A DNA stretch of 64,000 nt from Squalus acanthias (Eukaryota). The notes beneath the pieces are model-generated. The model saw only the letters and a list, made by a program, of their open reading frames with translations, was not told where the DNA came from and made no database searches. Position numbers and translations under genes: made by a program. Location: assembly GCA_030390025.1 (NCBI GenBank), contig CM059425.1, forward strand, positions 175,648,001-175,712,000, read 5' to 3'. Below are positions 13,179 to 27,190 of this stretch, one piece after another (positions within the stretch are counted from its first letter, which is position 1; each line of letters opens with the position of its first letter).

Positions 13179-14129
13179 TACAGTGATTTACAAACATTAC
13201 TAATCTCCGCAGTGTATTAAAAACAAAAAGGGCCTGAAATCATTCCCCCTGGAGTTATGTTGGTGCACGGGCACTTTGTGTAAAGGGCACTTTGTGTGAA
13301 GGGCACTGTTTCCGGCCTCATTTAAATGTGTCTGCACCGTGTCCTGCTCGAAGGCGGTGAGAATGCTGTCAGAGCTGGTGGGTGGAAGTGCACCTTTTTC
13401 TGCCCAATGTCTAGGTAAATGGCAGCAAGACCCAGAGATCATAACAGATACTCTATTACTCTATACCACCTCCTGGAATGTGTCACATATCACCACCTCA
13501 GATCTGCCTGGATCTGTATAGATATCACCCAGTCGAGGCCGGACGCCACCCACAGTGCCTGTGTAGCCAAGCATCTCTGTGCTAGTCTTCCCGATCCTCC
13601 ACTTCTTCCTCCTTGAAGGAAAGGAACAAGGGGAGACCTAAACGAGACCCCATTGATTCCTGAGGCCAAGTCCACAACCATAAAACTTTAAAAAAAATAC
13701 TTTAAATTTACTTTTAAAATACTTCAATATACTTTTTATTTTAAAAAAACCTTGAAGAATGACTTGCGAAAACTTAAATACTGTAATAAAACTTTAAATA
13801 AAAATATTATTAAACTAACCTGCAGGTTGTTCCAGGTCCCTTGTGGTCTTCTGCCTTGAAGCCCTCTGGCCCTCCAGAAAACAGACCCCAACACCTCTTT
13901 GTCAGAGATGTTCTTTTGGTAGAATGGCCACTTGGCAGCAGGAGAGGGAAACTGCCCCCTGTACCAAGCTGTGTCTTGCGCCATCGTTTGCATGTAGTGG
14001 AGTAAAAAAGTTACGTCTGGTAAAGTCCTCCCTCAGTGAGAGAGAAAAATTGGTGAGACACTTTTTTTAGGTGGGATATTTGGCGATGGGCCTCTCTGCA
14101 TCATTTCTTCTTGTTCAGATCCACCTGTA

Positions 14130-14630
14130 AATGGAAGGAATTCTGGAAGAAAGTCTAGGCCAATATCTTTACGCAGAGGGTGTTAGAATGGGGAATTCTC
14201 TACCCCACATTGTTATTGAAGCAGATTCCATTAATTCTTTTAAAAGGGGACTAGATAGTTGCTTGAAAAAGACTAATGTTAAAGGGTATGTGAAGGTGAG
14301 TGGGATCTACACCAAAACGAGCAGAGGAATTCCTTCCCACGATACCCTGTGTTCACATAAGATTGGTGTGCTGATGTTATCATGAATAAGGTGGTGGTTT
14401 ATCCATTGTGTTTGCTAACACATAAGAGGGGTTGAATCTGGCAAACATCACTGCCTGAAAGGGTGGTAGAGGCAGAAACCCTCATCACATTTAAAAAGTA
14501 TTTGGATATGCACGTAACCTACAAGGCTACGGACCAAGGGCTGGAAAGTGCGATTAGGCTGGATAGCTCTTTTTTGGCCAGCACAGACACGATGGTCTCC
14601 TTCTGTGCCATAAATTTCTATGATTCTAAA
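14130..14630 (+). mobile_element. Two short CR1 3'-end fragments (~14130-14290, ~14450-14630)
   Basis: Similarity to CR1 3' ends at 56040-56265 (NSLP…FKRGLD / FKKYLD; ATTCT tail). Confidence 0.7.
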
Positions 14631-15794
14631 TGTAGCTTAACTTCTATCGGGTATTGCTTTTAATTGTTTGTTGTTGCAAGCTGATTGTAGATTTGAAGGG
14701 CTAGAAATTCGATTGCCCCTGAATACGGGTGTGGGGATTGCGATGCGGGGATCAACCCATGCCTGTTCAAAGTAATGCAGGCAGCCACCTGCTGATTAAC
14801 ATGATTGTGGCATGCAGCCCAGCGCTGAACGCACTGCTGAGTGGCTGAACGCTCAGCAGGGGGCTCAAGTTTCTGCAAGGCTAGCACCAATTAAAGCTAG
14901 CCTGCACTTCTTAAAGGCAGTCTGCACCTCTTTAAAGGGGAGGTGCATTCTGGCTGCAGCAGGTGATTCAACTGGGTGGAGAACAGAGTGTGAGCAGGAA
15001 GGAATAGTACTGATTGCACAACAGGGGAGAGAACGTGCTCCAAAGTTCTCGGATGCAGCACTGATGGCCTTAATGCAGGAGGTGGACAGGAGGAGAGAGG
15101 TCCTGTTTCCACAGGGGGCCAGGTGGCCCTCCAGGCAAATTCGGAAAAGGCAATGGGAGCAGATAGCCGTCGTGGTCAATGCCAGCAGTGTAGCCCCAAG
15201 GACCTGGATGCAGTGCAGGAAGAAGTTTAATGACCTCACACAAGTGATCAAGGTCAGTGAATTCATCTTCAAATGCCATATCCCACCATCTACACCACTA
15301 GCCGCACACACTGCTCAATGCACATCACTCACCTAGCAACAATCTCTACCAAACATGACTCATACCTCACATTCATAGCTTCACCTCACCCTCACACATC
15401 TAGCACTGCTGCAAGCCTCATACCCACATCTCACAGCTTGCACATACTGTCAGCTATTCAACCATGACAGGCACATCACCCAAACACATTGCACCATACT
15501 CACTGACATACTTCCCTTTCTCTTGCACACCAAGGTGGCTCACAACCGGAGGCAGCAAGGGGCTACCCAAAAGGACACAGGCGTGCCTGCATAACCTTAC
15601 CCCGATGGAGGAGACGGTGCTGACCATTATTGGGAGGGCCATCACTGAGCGGGCCTAAACAATACAAGGTGACGGTATCCTCATACATAATCCGCCTTCT
15701 CACATTCCACTTCCCTCTCATCCCACAATCTCTTCTGAATTAGAATCTGCACATGGTGTAAGCCTGCACTCTTACTTTCCCATTCTCATGAGTG

Positions 15795-17481
15795 CACATT
15801 CTCATGAACATATTGTAGAGTTTAGGGCCAATGAGCATGAAGTGATGGGCAACTCCATTAACTCACTTGTGGGAGGAGGTATTGGTGGTTTTAGCAGGTC
15901 TAAAAATGGATAAATCCCCAGGTCCGGACGAAATGTATCCCAGGCTGCTGTGTGAGGCAAAGGAGGAGATTGCGGGGGCTCTAACACATATATTCAGAAC
16001 CTCTCTGGCCACAGGGGATGTGCCAGAGGACTGGAGAATTGCTAATGTACCATTATTCAAGAAAGGGAGTAGGGAAAAACCGGGGAACTACAGGCCAGTG
16101 AGCCTAACATCAGTGGTAGGAAAATTATTGGAAAAAATTCTGAGGGACAAAATTAGTCTCCACTTGGAGAGGCAAGGATTAATCAGGGTTAGCCAACATG
16201 GCTTTGTCAAGGGAAGATCATGTCTGACTAATTTGATTGAATTTTTTGAGGGGGTGACTAGGTGTGTGGATGAGGGTAACGCAGTGGATGTGGTATACAT
16301 GGATTTCAGTAATGCCTTCGATAAAGTCCCACACAGGAGACTGGTCAAGAAGCTAAGAGCCCATGGAATCCAGGGTGCCTTGGCACATTGGATACAAAAC
16401 TGGCTCAGTTGCAGAAGGCAGAGGGTGATGGTCGAAGGTTGTTTTTGTGACTGGAAGCCTGTGGCCAGTGGGGTACCACAGGGATCGGTGCTGGGTCCCT
16501 TGCTGTTTGTGGTCTACATTAACGACTTGGATATGAATGTAAAAGGTATGATCAGTAAGTTCGCGGATGATACAAAAATTGGTAGGGTGGTAAATAGCGA
16601 GGAGGGTAGCCTCAGTCTGCAGGACGATATAGATGGGTTGGTCAGATGGGCGGAACAGTGGCAAATGGAATTTAATCCGGAAAAGTGCGAGGTGTTGCAC
16701 TTTGGAGGGACTAACAAGGCAAGGGAATACACAATGAATGGTAAGACCCTAGGCAAGACGGAGGGTCAGAGGGATCTTGGTGTGCAAGTACACAGATCCC
16801 TGAAGGCGGCGGAACAGGTGGATAAGGTGGTAAAAAAGGCATATGGGATACTTGCATTCATTAGCCGAGGCATAGAATATAAGAGCAAGGAGGTTATGAT
16901 GGAGCTGTATAAAACACTGGTTAGGCCACATCTGGAATACTGTGCGCAGTTCTGGTCACCACACTACAGGAAGGATGTGATCGCTTTGGAGAGGGTGCAG
17001 AGGAGATTCACCAGAATATTACCCGGGCTGAAGTGCTTCAGCTATGAAGAGAGACTGGGCAGATTGGGTTTGTTTTCTTTGGAACAGAGGAGGCTGAGGG
17101 GGGACATGATTGAGGTGTACAAAATTATGAGGGGCATAGATAGGATGGATACTAAGGAGCTTTTTCCCTTAGTAGAGGGGTCTATAACAAGGGGGCATAG
17201 ATTCAAGGTAAAGGGCGGGAGGTTTAGAAGGGATTTGAGAAAAAACTTTTTCACCCAGAGGGTGGTTGGAGTCTGGAACTCACTGCCTGAAAGGGTTGTG
17301 GAGGCAGGAACCCTCACAACATTCAAGAAGCATTTGGATGAGCACTTGAAATGCCATAGCATACAAGGCTACGGACCAAATGCTGGAATATGGTATTAGA
17401 TTAGACAGGGCTTGATGGCCGGCGCGGACACGATGGGCCGAAGGGCCTCTATCCGTGCTGTATAACTCTATGACTCTATGA
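15795..17481 (+). mobile_element. 5'-truncated CR1 LINE with open 510-aa RT ORF (15867-17399)
   Basis: Full RT motif set incl. 'KFADDTK'; ACTCTATG-type tail; interrupts Myb gene of H3. Confidence 0.95.
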
Positions 17482-18029
17482 CCCAACCATCATGCAGCTT
17501 CTGATGACTGATGTCTCAGCTTCCATTGCAGCACAAGCAGAAGCCACCCAACGTCTCAGTGCTGCAATGGAAGCTTAGGCATCTGCCAATGCCCTTGCTG
17601 TTGCCTGTCAGCCAGCCAGCCCGGGCTGCTGCCACCCATGCCAAAGTGGTGCAGTCTTCAGCCGGGCCTTCTAGGCCAAAAGCTGTTCGAGGTTGTCCTG
17701 CAAGGCTATCTGCAGTCTCCCCCACTGAAAGTCAGCAGCCTTCCACCAACCACGCTGCAGCCACTGGGGTAGCACTTTGTAGGAGTACGAGAACAGGCAA
17801 AGGCACACGGAAGACAGGCACTAAAAGAATGCACAAGGGTGATTAGTTGACTTTGTTATGTCATATTGGCTGGATTGATGTATAAAGTTGGATTGGAATG
17901 TTTGTCTTGTGGTGGCTTTTATTTCAGCATTGTGGCCAAGAGGACGCTATGATGACCCAGAACAGAGGGATGGTAAGGTGTGTGACTGTTGTACAATGGG
18001 GTTTGGGGTTGTGTTCAGTAGAACCGTAG

Positions 18030-19128
18030 TCAAATGAGGTGATCACAGACAGCCCGCCGGAGACTGGATGTGCTGGTTGCCTCCTCCCTTCCACCTGCTC
18101 CTACTGCTTCTCCTCCTCCTCGTATTCCACTTCCCCCTCCTCTTCCTCCTCTACCTCTTCTTCCTCCTCCTCCTCCTCCTCGTATCTGTGTGCCTTTGCC
18201 TGTCCTGGTGGCAAGGGCTGTGCTCTCATGATGGCCAGGTTCTGGAGGATACGGCAGACCACCACGAATTGGGACACATGCTCCGACGAGTACTGCAGGG
18301 CTCCTCCAGAGCAGTCCAGGCAGTGGAACCGTTGCTTCAGCACCCCAATGGTCTGCTCCATGATGTTTTTGTGTCAGCATGGCTCTCATTGTATGCATAC
18401 TGGCCACGTGGTTGGCTTGCGGAGCGGTGTCATGAGCCAGGTGGTCAAAGGATAGCCCTTGTCGTCAGCAGCCAGCCTCTGGTTTGACATGGTGGCTCAT
18501 AGACTGAGGGAACAGCAGACTGGCGCAGAGTAAAAGCATCATGACTGCTGCCAGGATACTGGACATTCACCATCATGATGTGCTGAGCATGGTCGCACAC
18601 CAACTGCACATTCAGCAAGTGGAAACCTTTGCGGTTGCGGTACATCTCAGCATTTAGATGCGGCGCCCGCAAAGCCACGCACTTGCAGTTGATGGCGCCC
18701 TGCACCATGGGGAAGCCTGCTATCCTACAAAGCCACGTGCTTGCTCTGCCTGCTTCTCTCTGGTCAGAGAGAAGAAAATTAACTCCCCTCTCTTGGCATA
18801 AAGAGCGCCTGTCACCCAATGTTCCCTCTTATTTTTTTTTGTGTGTGTGGCCCATTCACAGTTTCGCACACACAAAATTTGACATTGAGAAAGCCGGTCC
18901 CAGGCTGTGCCGGACTGGCAGAGAGGTGCGTGGCCACGCACCTTATAGGGAACATTGCTATCACCACTCTTATGCAGCAGTGGATGGCGAACATGGGAGA
19001 CGTTACAGATGTCGTCTGCTCCAGCCTGGAAGGCTCCCGACGTGAAGGAATTCAGGATCACGGTCACCTTCATAGCCACTGGCAGCTCTGTCCTTGCCCT
19101 GGTGTGAGGCTGCAGATCTGGTTGCAAG
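18030..19128 (-). pseudogene. Harbinger (HARBI1-like DDE) transposase of H3, main part, frameshifted
   Basis: 'IAGFPMVQGAINC', 'NRKGFH.LNVQLVCD', 'YPGSSHDAF', 'EQTIGVLKQRF'. Confidence 0.88.
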
Positions 19129-22100
19129 AATCATAGAATCATAGAATCATAGAACGGTTACAGCACAGAAGGAGGCCATTCGGCCCGTCGAGTCCGTGCC
19201 GACTCTCTGCAAGAGCACTTCAGCTAGTCCCACTCCCCCGCCCTCTCCCCGTAGCCCTGCAAATTTTTTTCCTTCAGATACTTATCCAACTCCCTTTTGA
19301 AAGCCGTGATTGAATCTGCCTCCACCACCCTTTCAGGCAGTGCATTCCAGATCCTAACCACTCGCTGAATAATAAAGTTTTCCTCATGCTGCCTTTGGTT
19401 CTTCTGCCAATCACCTTAAATCTGTGTCCTCTGGTTCTCGATCCTTCTGCCAATAGAAACAGTTTCTCTCTATCTACTGTTTAGACCCATCATGATTTTG
19501 AATACCTCTATTAAATCTCCTCTCAATCTTCTCTGTTCTAAGGAGAACAACTCCAGCTTCTCCAGTCTATCCACGTAACTGAAGTCCCTTATCCCTGGAA
19601 TCATTCACGTAAATATTTTCTGCACCCTCTCTAAGGCCTTCACATCCTTCCTAAAGTGTGGTGCCCAGAATTGGACACAATACTCCAGTTGAGGCCGAAC
19701 CAGTGTTCTATACAGGTTCATCATAATTTCAAAGCTTTTGTACTCTATACCTCTATTCAGAAACCTAGGATCCCGTAAGCTTTTTTAACTGCTTTCTCAA
19801 CCTGCCCTGCCACCTTCAATGATTTGTGCACATATACCCCTATGTCTCTCTGTTCATGCACCCACTTTAGGATTGTACCTTTTAGTTTATATTTCCTATC
19901 TTCATTCTTTCTATCAAAATGTATCATTTTGCACTTTTCTGTGTTAAATTTCACCTGCCATTTCCTCCCATTTCACTAGCCTGTCTATGTCCTCTTGAAG
20001 TCTATCACTATCCTCCTCACTGTTCACTATACTTCCAAGTTTTGTGTCATCTACAAATTTTGAAATAGTGCCCTGTACACCCAAGTCCAAGTCATTAATA
20101 TATATCAAGAAAAGCAGTGGTCCTAGAATCGACCCCTGGGGAACACCACTGTGTACCTTCCTCCAGTCCGAAAAACAACCCTTCACCACTACTCTCTGTT
20201 TCCTGTCACTTAGCCAATTTTGTATCCATGCTGCCCCTTTTATTCCATGGGCTTCAACTTTGCTGGCAAGCCTATTATGTGACACTTTATCAAACGTCTT
20301 TTGGAAATACATATACACCACGTCAACCGCATTACCCTCATCAACCCTGTCTGTTACCTCATCAAAAAACTCGATCAAGTTAGTTAAACATGATTTGCCT
20401 TTAACAAATCCATGCTGGCTTTCCTTAATTAATCCACACTTGTCCAAGTGACTGTTAACTTTGTCCCTGATCATCGTTTCTAAAACCTTCCCCACTACTT
20501 AGGTTAAACTGACTGGCCTGTAATTGCTGGGTTTATCTTTACACCCTTTTTTGAACAATGGTGCAACATTTGCAATTCTCCAGTCCTCTGGCACAACCCC
20601 CATTTCTAAGGAGGATTGGAAGATTATGGCCAGTAACTCCACGATTTCTTCCTTCACTTCCCTCAGCATCCTAGGATGCATCCCATCTTGTCCTGGTGAT
20701 TTATCTACTTTAAGCACAGCCAGCCTTTCTAGTACCTCCTCTTTATCAATTTTTATCCCATCCAGTATCTCCGCTACCTCCTCCTTCATTATGGCAGCAT
20801 CTTCTTCCTTGGTGAAGACAGATGCAAAGTACTCATTTAGCACCTCAGCCATACCCTCTGCCTCCATGCGTAGGTCTCCTTTTTGGTCCCTAATCGGCCC
20901 CACGTCTCCTCTTGCTACCCGTTTACTATTTATATGGCTACAGAAGATTTTTGGATTACCTTTTATGTTAGTTGCCATTCTATTCTCATATCCTCTCTTT
21001 TCCCCTCTTATTTTCTTTTTCACTTCTCCTCTGAACTTTCTATATTTAGCCTGATTCTCAGATGTATTCTCGACCTGACATCTGTCATATGCACTCTTTT
21101 TCTGCTCCATCTTACTCTCTGTCTCTTTCGTCATCCAGGGAGCTCTGACTTTAGTTGCCCTGCCTTTCCCCCTAGTGGGAATGTACCTCGACTGTACCTG
21201 AACTATTTCCTCTTTAAAGGCAGCCCATTGTTCCACTACAGTTTTGCCTGCCAATCTTTGATTCCAATTTACCCGGGCCAGATCCGTTCTCATCCCACTG
21301 AAATTGGCCTTCCTCCAATTAAGTATTTTTACTCTAGATTGCTCCCTGTCCTTTTCCATAGCTAATCTAAACCTGATGATACTATGATCACTGTTCCCTA
21401 AATGTTCACCTACTGACACTTGCTCCACTTGACCCACCTCATTCCCCAGAACCAGATCCAGCAATGTCTCCTTCCTTGCTGGGCTGGAAACATACTGATC
21501 AAGAAAGTTCTCCTGAACACACTTCAGAAATTCTTCCCCCTCTCTGCCCTTTACACCATTACTATCCCAGTCTATTATTAGGATAGTTGAAGTCCCCCAT
21601 TATCACTACTCTATAGTTCTTGCATCTCTCTGTAATTTCTCTGCAAATTTGCTCCTCCATATTTTTCCCACTAGTTGGTGGCCTATGGAATACACCCAGT
21701 AGTGTAATGGCACCTCTATTATTTCTTAACTCTAGCCATATAGATTCTGTCCTTGACCCTCCAGGACATCCTCCCTCTCCAGCACTGTAACATTCTCCTT
21801 AACCAATACTGCCACACCACCTCCTATCTTTCCTTCCCTATCTTTCCTGAGCACCTTATATCCAGGAATATTTAATACCTAATCCTGCCCTTTGTTGAAC
21901 TAGGTCTCTGTGGCATCATATTCCCATGTGGCTATTTGTGGCTGCAGCTCACCAACCTTGTTTACTATGCTTCGTGCATTCACATACATGCACTGTAAAC
22001 CTATCTTAGGCCATCCTGTGTTCTCTCTTAGTTTGACCCCACCTAATACCTTACTATTTCTTACTTTAGTGCTATCCATCTCTCCCAATCCTTTGTGCCC

Positions 22101-22348
22101 TTTGTTTCTCCTGTCTAATGCTACATCCTGGTGCCCATCCCCCTGCCAACTTAGTTTAAACCCTCCCCAACAGCACTAGCAAACCTCCCCGTGAGGATAT
22201 TGGTACCAGCTCTGTTGAGGTGCAACCTCTCCAGCCTTTACAGGTCCCACCTCCCCAGAACCGGTCCCAATGCCCCAGGAATCTGAAGCGCTCCCTCCTA
22301 CACCATCTCTCCAGTCACGCATTCATCTGCTCTATTCTCTTATTTCTA
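19129..22348 (-). mobile_element. CR1 LINE (ORF1 tail, EN, RT; disabled) inserted in H3 transposase
   Basis: 'YVNARSIVNK' EN start, 'LDLVL…SDH', RT motifs, (ATTCTATG)n tail at 19129-19152. Confidence 0.95.
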
Positions 22349-22590
22349 TGGTGGCAGAGTTCTGTGAGCATCTCCTTTGTAAAGCGCAGACGCCTGAAAC
22401 ACTGCTCCTGGCTCAGGCTGAGGTAAGAGAATTGCTCTCAGAGGACCCTAGTTGGGTAAGGCCTCCTGCTGAGAGCCCTTCTCCCCCTCCTCCTCCTCCC
22501 TCAGTGAGCAGCTTGTCCTCTTCTTTGCAGCCCTTGCTCCATCTCCTTGTCATGCTGCAGGCCAAGGGGGATGACAACTAGAGCACCCAT
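22349..22590 (-). pseudogene. N-terminal part of H3 transposase
   Basis: '…SYLSLSQEQCFRRLRFTKEMLTELCH' continues across the CR1 into 'LQPDLQP'; matches '[15 protein letters not shown]' at 30822. Confidence 0.8.
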
Positions 22591-23179
22591 GATTGGGAGC
22601 AAGTGGTCTGACCAGAACCCTTGAAGTCAGAAGCAAGGCCTTCTCCACTTGCAGTACCACTCTACAGAGCTTGCTCACAGAGCCACCAGTGGCCAGAGCA
22701 AGGAACTGTAGCGTTATGGGAAAATCACATTAAAACAGGACCAACTGTGGGTACAATTAACATTGAAAAAGCCAGAGATACTGTTGACATCGGACTTTTG
22801 AACAGAATGATGACAGACATACAATTTTAATGATAGATAGATGTTGTGGGAAGAGGTATTCTCAGTCATAGAAACATAGAAGTGATGCTGTTACATTATT
22901 GGTGAGTGTGTCATGGGATTGTTTCTGAAGACGAACGTGTCTGTCTCAGTGCTGACTGTGTTGTTGGAGAGACTCATGTTGCTTTGTTTCCTGTGGAGTT
23001 CCTCAATACATCGTCATCATGTTACTACATAATTTGAACCCTGCTGACGGACTCTGCAATGTCACATTTGATTTGTGATGCATTTTATCTCCATGTTATT
23101 GATGCAGAGATTATTTACGGTATCCACAGTGGGAAATGTATATTCAATCCATGTATTTCTTTGGGCTCAGAACCTCAGG

Positions 23180-23735
23180 AAAGATATATTGGCCATGGAG
23201 AGGGTACAGTGCAGATTCATTAGAATGATACCAGGGCTTAAATTATAAGGACAGGTTGGATAAACTTTGCTTGCATTCCCTTGTGTTTAGAAAGTTGCGA
23301 GATGATCTAATTTAGGTGTTTAAAATGAGAAAGGGATTCGATAGGGTAGATAAAGGGAAACTATTTCTTCTGGTGGGAGAATCCAGAACAAGAGGACGTG
23401 ATCTTAAAATGAGAGCTCAGCCAGTTAGGAGTGAAATCAGGAAGCACTTTTTCACACAGAGTAGTGTAAATATGGAAGGCTATGGATAGTGTAGATATGG
23501 AATTCTTTCCCCAAAAGGCTGTGGATTCTGTGCCAAATGAAATTTTCAAAACTCAGACAGTACATGTTACAAATGTATATTCAGCAGTGCAGTTTTTGTT
23601 AGGTTAGGGCATCAAATGATATGGAGAAAAGGCAGGCAAAATGGAGTTAAGGTACAGATCAGCCATGATCTAACAGAATGGGGGAATATTCAGCAGGAGC
23701 TGAATGGCATATATCTGTTCCTATGTTCCTATGCA
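23180..23735 (+). mobile_element. Old CR1 3' fragment
   Basis: Degenerate 'MERVQCRF…', 'HFFTQRVV', and CR1 tail. Confidence 0.7.
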
Positions 23736-24159
23736 GCCCATCCAATTCCCCATGCTTTCAAAGAGATGCTGTCTTCTCCATCCCTCCCAGTTTGTACTGG
23801 TACTTTTCTCCCTTGCCCTCAATTAAATCTTGCACTTTGTCTACTTCCAACCCAGTACTGGTACTCTTCTTCCACTCTGCTCTGTTCATTCTAGTGCTCT
23901 TCCCCTTGCCCCTACCACCCACAGTTGGTTTTGGAATTGTTTCACCCTCTGCCCACCCCCCGGTTCATACTGACATGCTGGTACTCTCCTTCTTCACTCC
24001 CTCTCAGTTAGTGCTGATACCCTCCTCCCTGACCTTACCCTCAAAGTGCCACTTTCAAGCTTCTCCCTTCTTCCCAAAAGCACCACTCCCACCTTTGTCT
24101 CTTTCTCTCTCCTTTTCAGTACCATCCATTTCTCTCTTTTGCCATAAAGCGAAAAGCAG

Positions 24160-24940
24160 ACAGTCAGTAAATATGGACCAGCCACATAAATACTGTGGCT
24201 ACATGAGCAGGTCAGAGGCTGGGTATTCTGCAGCGAGTGTCTCACCTCCTGACTCCCCAAAGCCTTTCCACCATCTACAAGGTACAATTCAGGAGTGTAA
24301 TGGAATACTCTCCACTTGCCTGGATGAGTGCAGCTCCAACATCAGTCAAGAAGCTCAACACCATCCAGGACAAAGCAGCCCGCCTGATTGGCACCCCATC
24401 CACCACCTTAAACATTCACTCCCTCCACCACCGGCACACCATGGCTGCAGTGTGTACCACCTACAAGATGCACTGCAGCAACTCGCCAAGGCTTCTTTGA
24501 TAGCACCTCCCAAACCAACGTCCTCTACCACCTAGAAGGACAAGGGCAGCAGGCGCATGGGAACACCACCACCTCCAAGTTCCCCTCCAAGTCACACACC
24601 ATCCTGACTTGGAAACAATGTTCCCTTTAAGCTGTGTGGCTGCTCAGAACCTCCCGCGCAACCGGCTCGTCAGCTTTTTAATGCGAGAAACTGCACGAGC
24701 GGTATTTTGAATGCGAGAAACCGCGCATGAGCGGTATTTTGAATGGGCCGCACAGCCCCTTAAAGGAGTCGATCCCCCCCAAAAAAAGAGGGATCATTGC
24801 TAGGAAATATATCGCTGTTCAAGAACTGCAGCAGTTCAAGAAGGCTCACCATCACTTTCTGAAGGGCAATTAGGGATGGGCAATAAATGCTGGCCTTGCC
24901 AGTGGCGCCCACATTCCAGGAATCAATTATAAAAAAAAAC
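24160..24940 (+). mobile_element. Family-A LINE 3' fragment with poly-A tail
   Basis: Colinear with ~12530-13178. Confidence 0.9.
24616..24799. mobile_element. 184-bp hAT-type MITE
   Basis: TIRs CAATGTTCCCT / AGGGATCATTG; 8-bp TSD CTTGGAAA / CTAGGAAA; interrupts LINE sequence contiguous at ~12965-12985. Confidence 0.8.
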
Positions 24941-25644
24941 TTTGCAAATTTCCCATATTAATTGGTTGCTAAGGCATCCTGGGACTGGAAGGGTTAAAAA
25001 CCCCAAAATTGACATAAATGCATTTGCTGACTTGCATATGATTCATCCTGCTTAAACTCTTTCCTCTTGCAAGTTATGACCCTTCCAACAGGAGGTATGA
25101 CTAGTTCCCATTTATAAATAACTCCAACAGAGCTGCTTCATTCAGTTAGACCTGGAAAGACCAGGATGGGAAATTTAATATTCACTTGCAAATGCCATGC
25201 TGTCATAGCAACTGCACTTCACTGCTAACTAATGAAAATTTCTCCAAGAATGCCAGCACTTATCAATGACTTTAATAAAGCTAAGTTCAGAGACTGCAAG
25301 TCTCACCTCACAGCTTTTCATAAAACACTATGTAGGATGCCTGCAGGCTGGTGGAAAATCCCATATGCCCGCCTGAGAAACATGTTCTGCCAATTTCAAT
25401 AATGCATCATCTCTCCTGGTGCTGCGGAGAGCTTTCCCAATGCCTGCAAATCATAAGCTGCTGATTAGGGAGTCCCCTGTAGTAATACTCGATATAGATA
25501 CCTTAATAGGTTATTTTGTGCTTATGTTTTTTATTCCTGGTAGGTTGCCACTCATTTCTAAGTTATTTTTCTGCTGAATGTGCTTAGTAAGGCTAAAAAA
25601 AATCTTAATCAGTAAAGATCATGCAGTTTCCACTTCCAACAGCA

Positions 25645-25930
25645 ACACCTTGCATCTATATAGCACTTTTAACGTAGTAAAATGTCCCACGGCACTTCAT
25701 AGGAGCGTTATCAAACAAATTTGACACCGAGCCACAAAAGGACAGAAGCTTGATCAAAGAAGTAGGTTTTAAGGAGCGTCTTAAAGAAGGAGAGATAAGA
25801 AGAGAGGCGGAAAGGTTTAGGGAGGGAGTTCCAGAGCTTAGGGCCTAGGCAGCTGAAGGCACGGCCACTAATGGTGGAGTGATTAAAATCGGGGATGCGC
25901 AAGATGCCAGAATTGGAGTAGAGCAGAGAT
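25645..25930 (-). mobile_element. L2 LINE 3' end
   Basis: 'GRAFSCLGPKLWNSLP…FKTLLKTYFF' and L2 tail. Confidence 0.85.
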
Positions 25931-26144
25931 ATTTGTGTAATAAAATAATAATCCTTTTGTGATGTATAAGTGTCACTAGAATTGTTCAGTTGAATTATTG
26001 CTTTTCATACAATTTAACACCATGCAGATTAGTTGGTTTATGTTTGATGGTTCATACCTCCCATGAGGAACCACCAGAATATTCATGGCACAGAATAGCA
26101 TACAAAACTGCCAACTGCATTTAAAATGTTTATGTGAAGGGACT

Positions 26145-26909
26145 GGGCCAGAAATTTGGCACTTGCCGGGTGAGTACGCGCTGTGTACTCACCCGTAAGG
26201 CCACCCGAAGTGCCGGTTTCCTGCATGCACTGCGCATGCGCGGGAAACCGGAACTTCCGTTCCCCTGAAGGGAGGGGTTCAGAGGTGAACCGCGTGCGCG
26301 GGAGAGGCTGCGCGCACGCAGCGAACTTCGTTTTTTTTCAGGTTTCTCCGGGAAGGTAAGTATGGAAGAAGCTGCGCTTTTAAAAAGGAGGCGCAAGGCC
26401 TGTTTTTAACAAGGTAAGTGGTTAATTAATTACAATTTAAAATTTTTTTCAACAGGTTTATCTTTTTTAGATACTTTAAAGAAAGGTAAGTTTATTTTTA
26501 GCACTGTTAAAAAGTATTTTAATTTTTTCAAAAATTTAAATTTTTGTTTAAAGTAGTTAATTTATGTAACTTATAGTTATTTTAAAAATGTGATAGTTTA
26601 AAAAAAAATGTATTTGAAGTTTAGGTGTTGTTTTGGGGCCGATTTCAATTCATAGATTTGACAGGTCTTCCTGTCAAATCTATGAATGAAAGATGGTCTG
26701 CTGCCATTGGCTCTCCATGGCCCACGTAATCCCAGGGGACGCATCGCACTAACTACGCCCCTGGGATATACAAGCACTGCGTGCCGGCAGCTGCAGGAGG
26801 CCCAGGAGCTGAAGTCCCCGTGGGCCCAGAGGTCAACGGCAGGCGCGGTAGGTAGGTGCGCGCGCGATCCTTGCACCCGCGGGAAGCCAGGGAGCCGAAT
26901 TTCTGGCCC
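26145..26909. mobile_element. Harbinger-type MITE, CpG-rich ends and AT-rich core
   Basis: TIRs GGGCCAGAAATTTGGC / GCCGAATTTCTGGCCC (15/16); TSD not preserved. Confidence 0.75.
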
Positions 26910-27019
26910 CATATATTTGTGGTAAAGGTCACAGGACTGGGATGTCCTGTTGAAGTAGTGATTACTTACAACTGAATGACTTGTTAGGTCACTTAAGAGG
27001 GCATTGAATCAACTGGATA

Positions 27020-27190
27020 GGGATGGTGAACACCCTTCCCTGAAGGACATTAGTGAACCAGTTGTGTTTTTATGACAATTATGGTCATGTTTTCCTGGTG
27101 CTTGTACCAATTCAGTTTCACGACTTGCCATGGTGCAACTCATGACCTCTGGCTTGCTAGTCCAGTACCGTAACCACTACACCACTGAAC
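27020..27190 (-). mobile_element. tRNA-headed SINE-like fragment related to the family-A LINE 5' end
   Basis: Reverse complement of 'ctggttcactaatgtccttcagggaagg' and 'tactggactagc' seen at 1995-2180. Confidence 0.65.

Larger units (their letters stand above)
14698..22830. mobile_element. PIF/Harbinger transposon H3, split by two CR1 insertions; right end not identified
   Basis: Left TIR-like GGGCTAGAAATTC at 14698; Myb exons (+) ~15013-15252, ~15530-15675, 17481-17846; transposase (-) 22590-22349 and 19128-18030. Confidence 0.8.

Noticed and set aside
13229..14100. Possible further Harbinger-type element starting GGGCCTGAAATC
   Set aside because: No matching right TIR or TSD found
23678..24535. 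285-aa ORF
   Set aside because: Chance frame across a CR1 tail, pyrimidine-rich DNA and an alternative frame of a LINE
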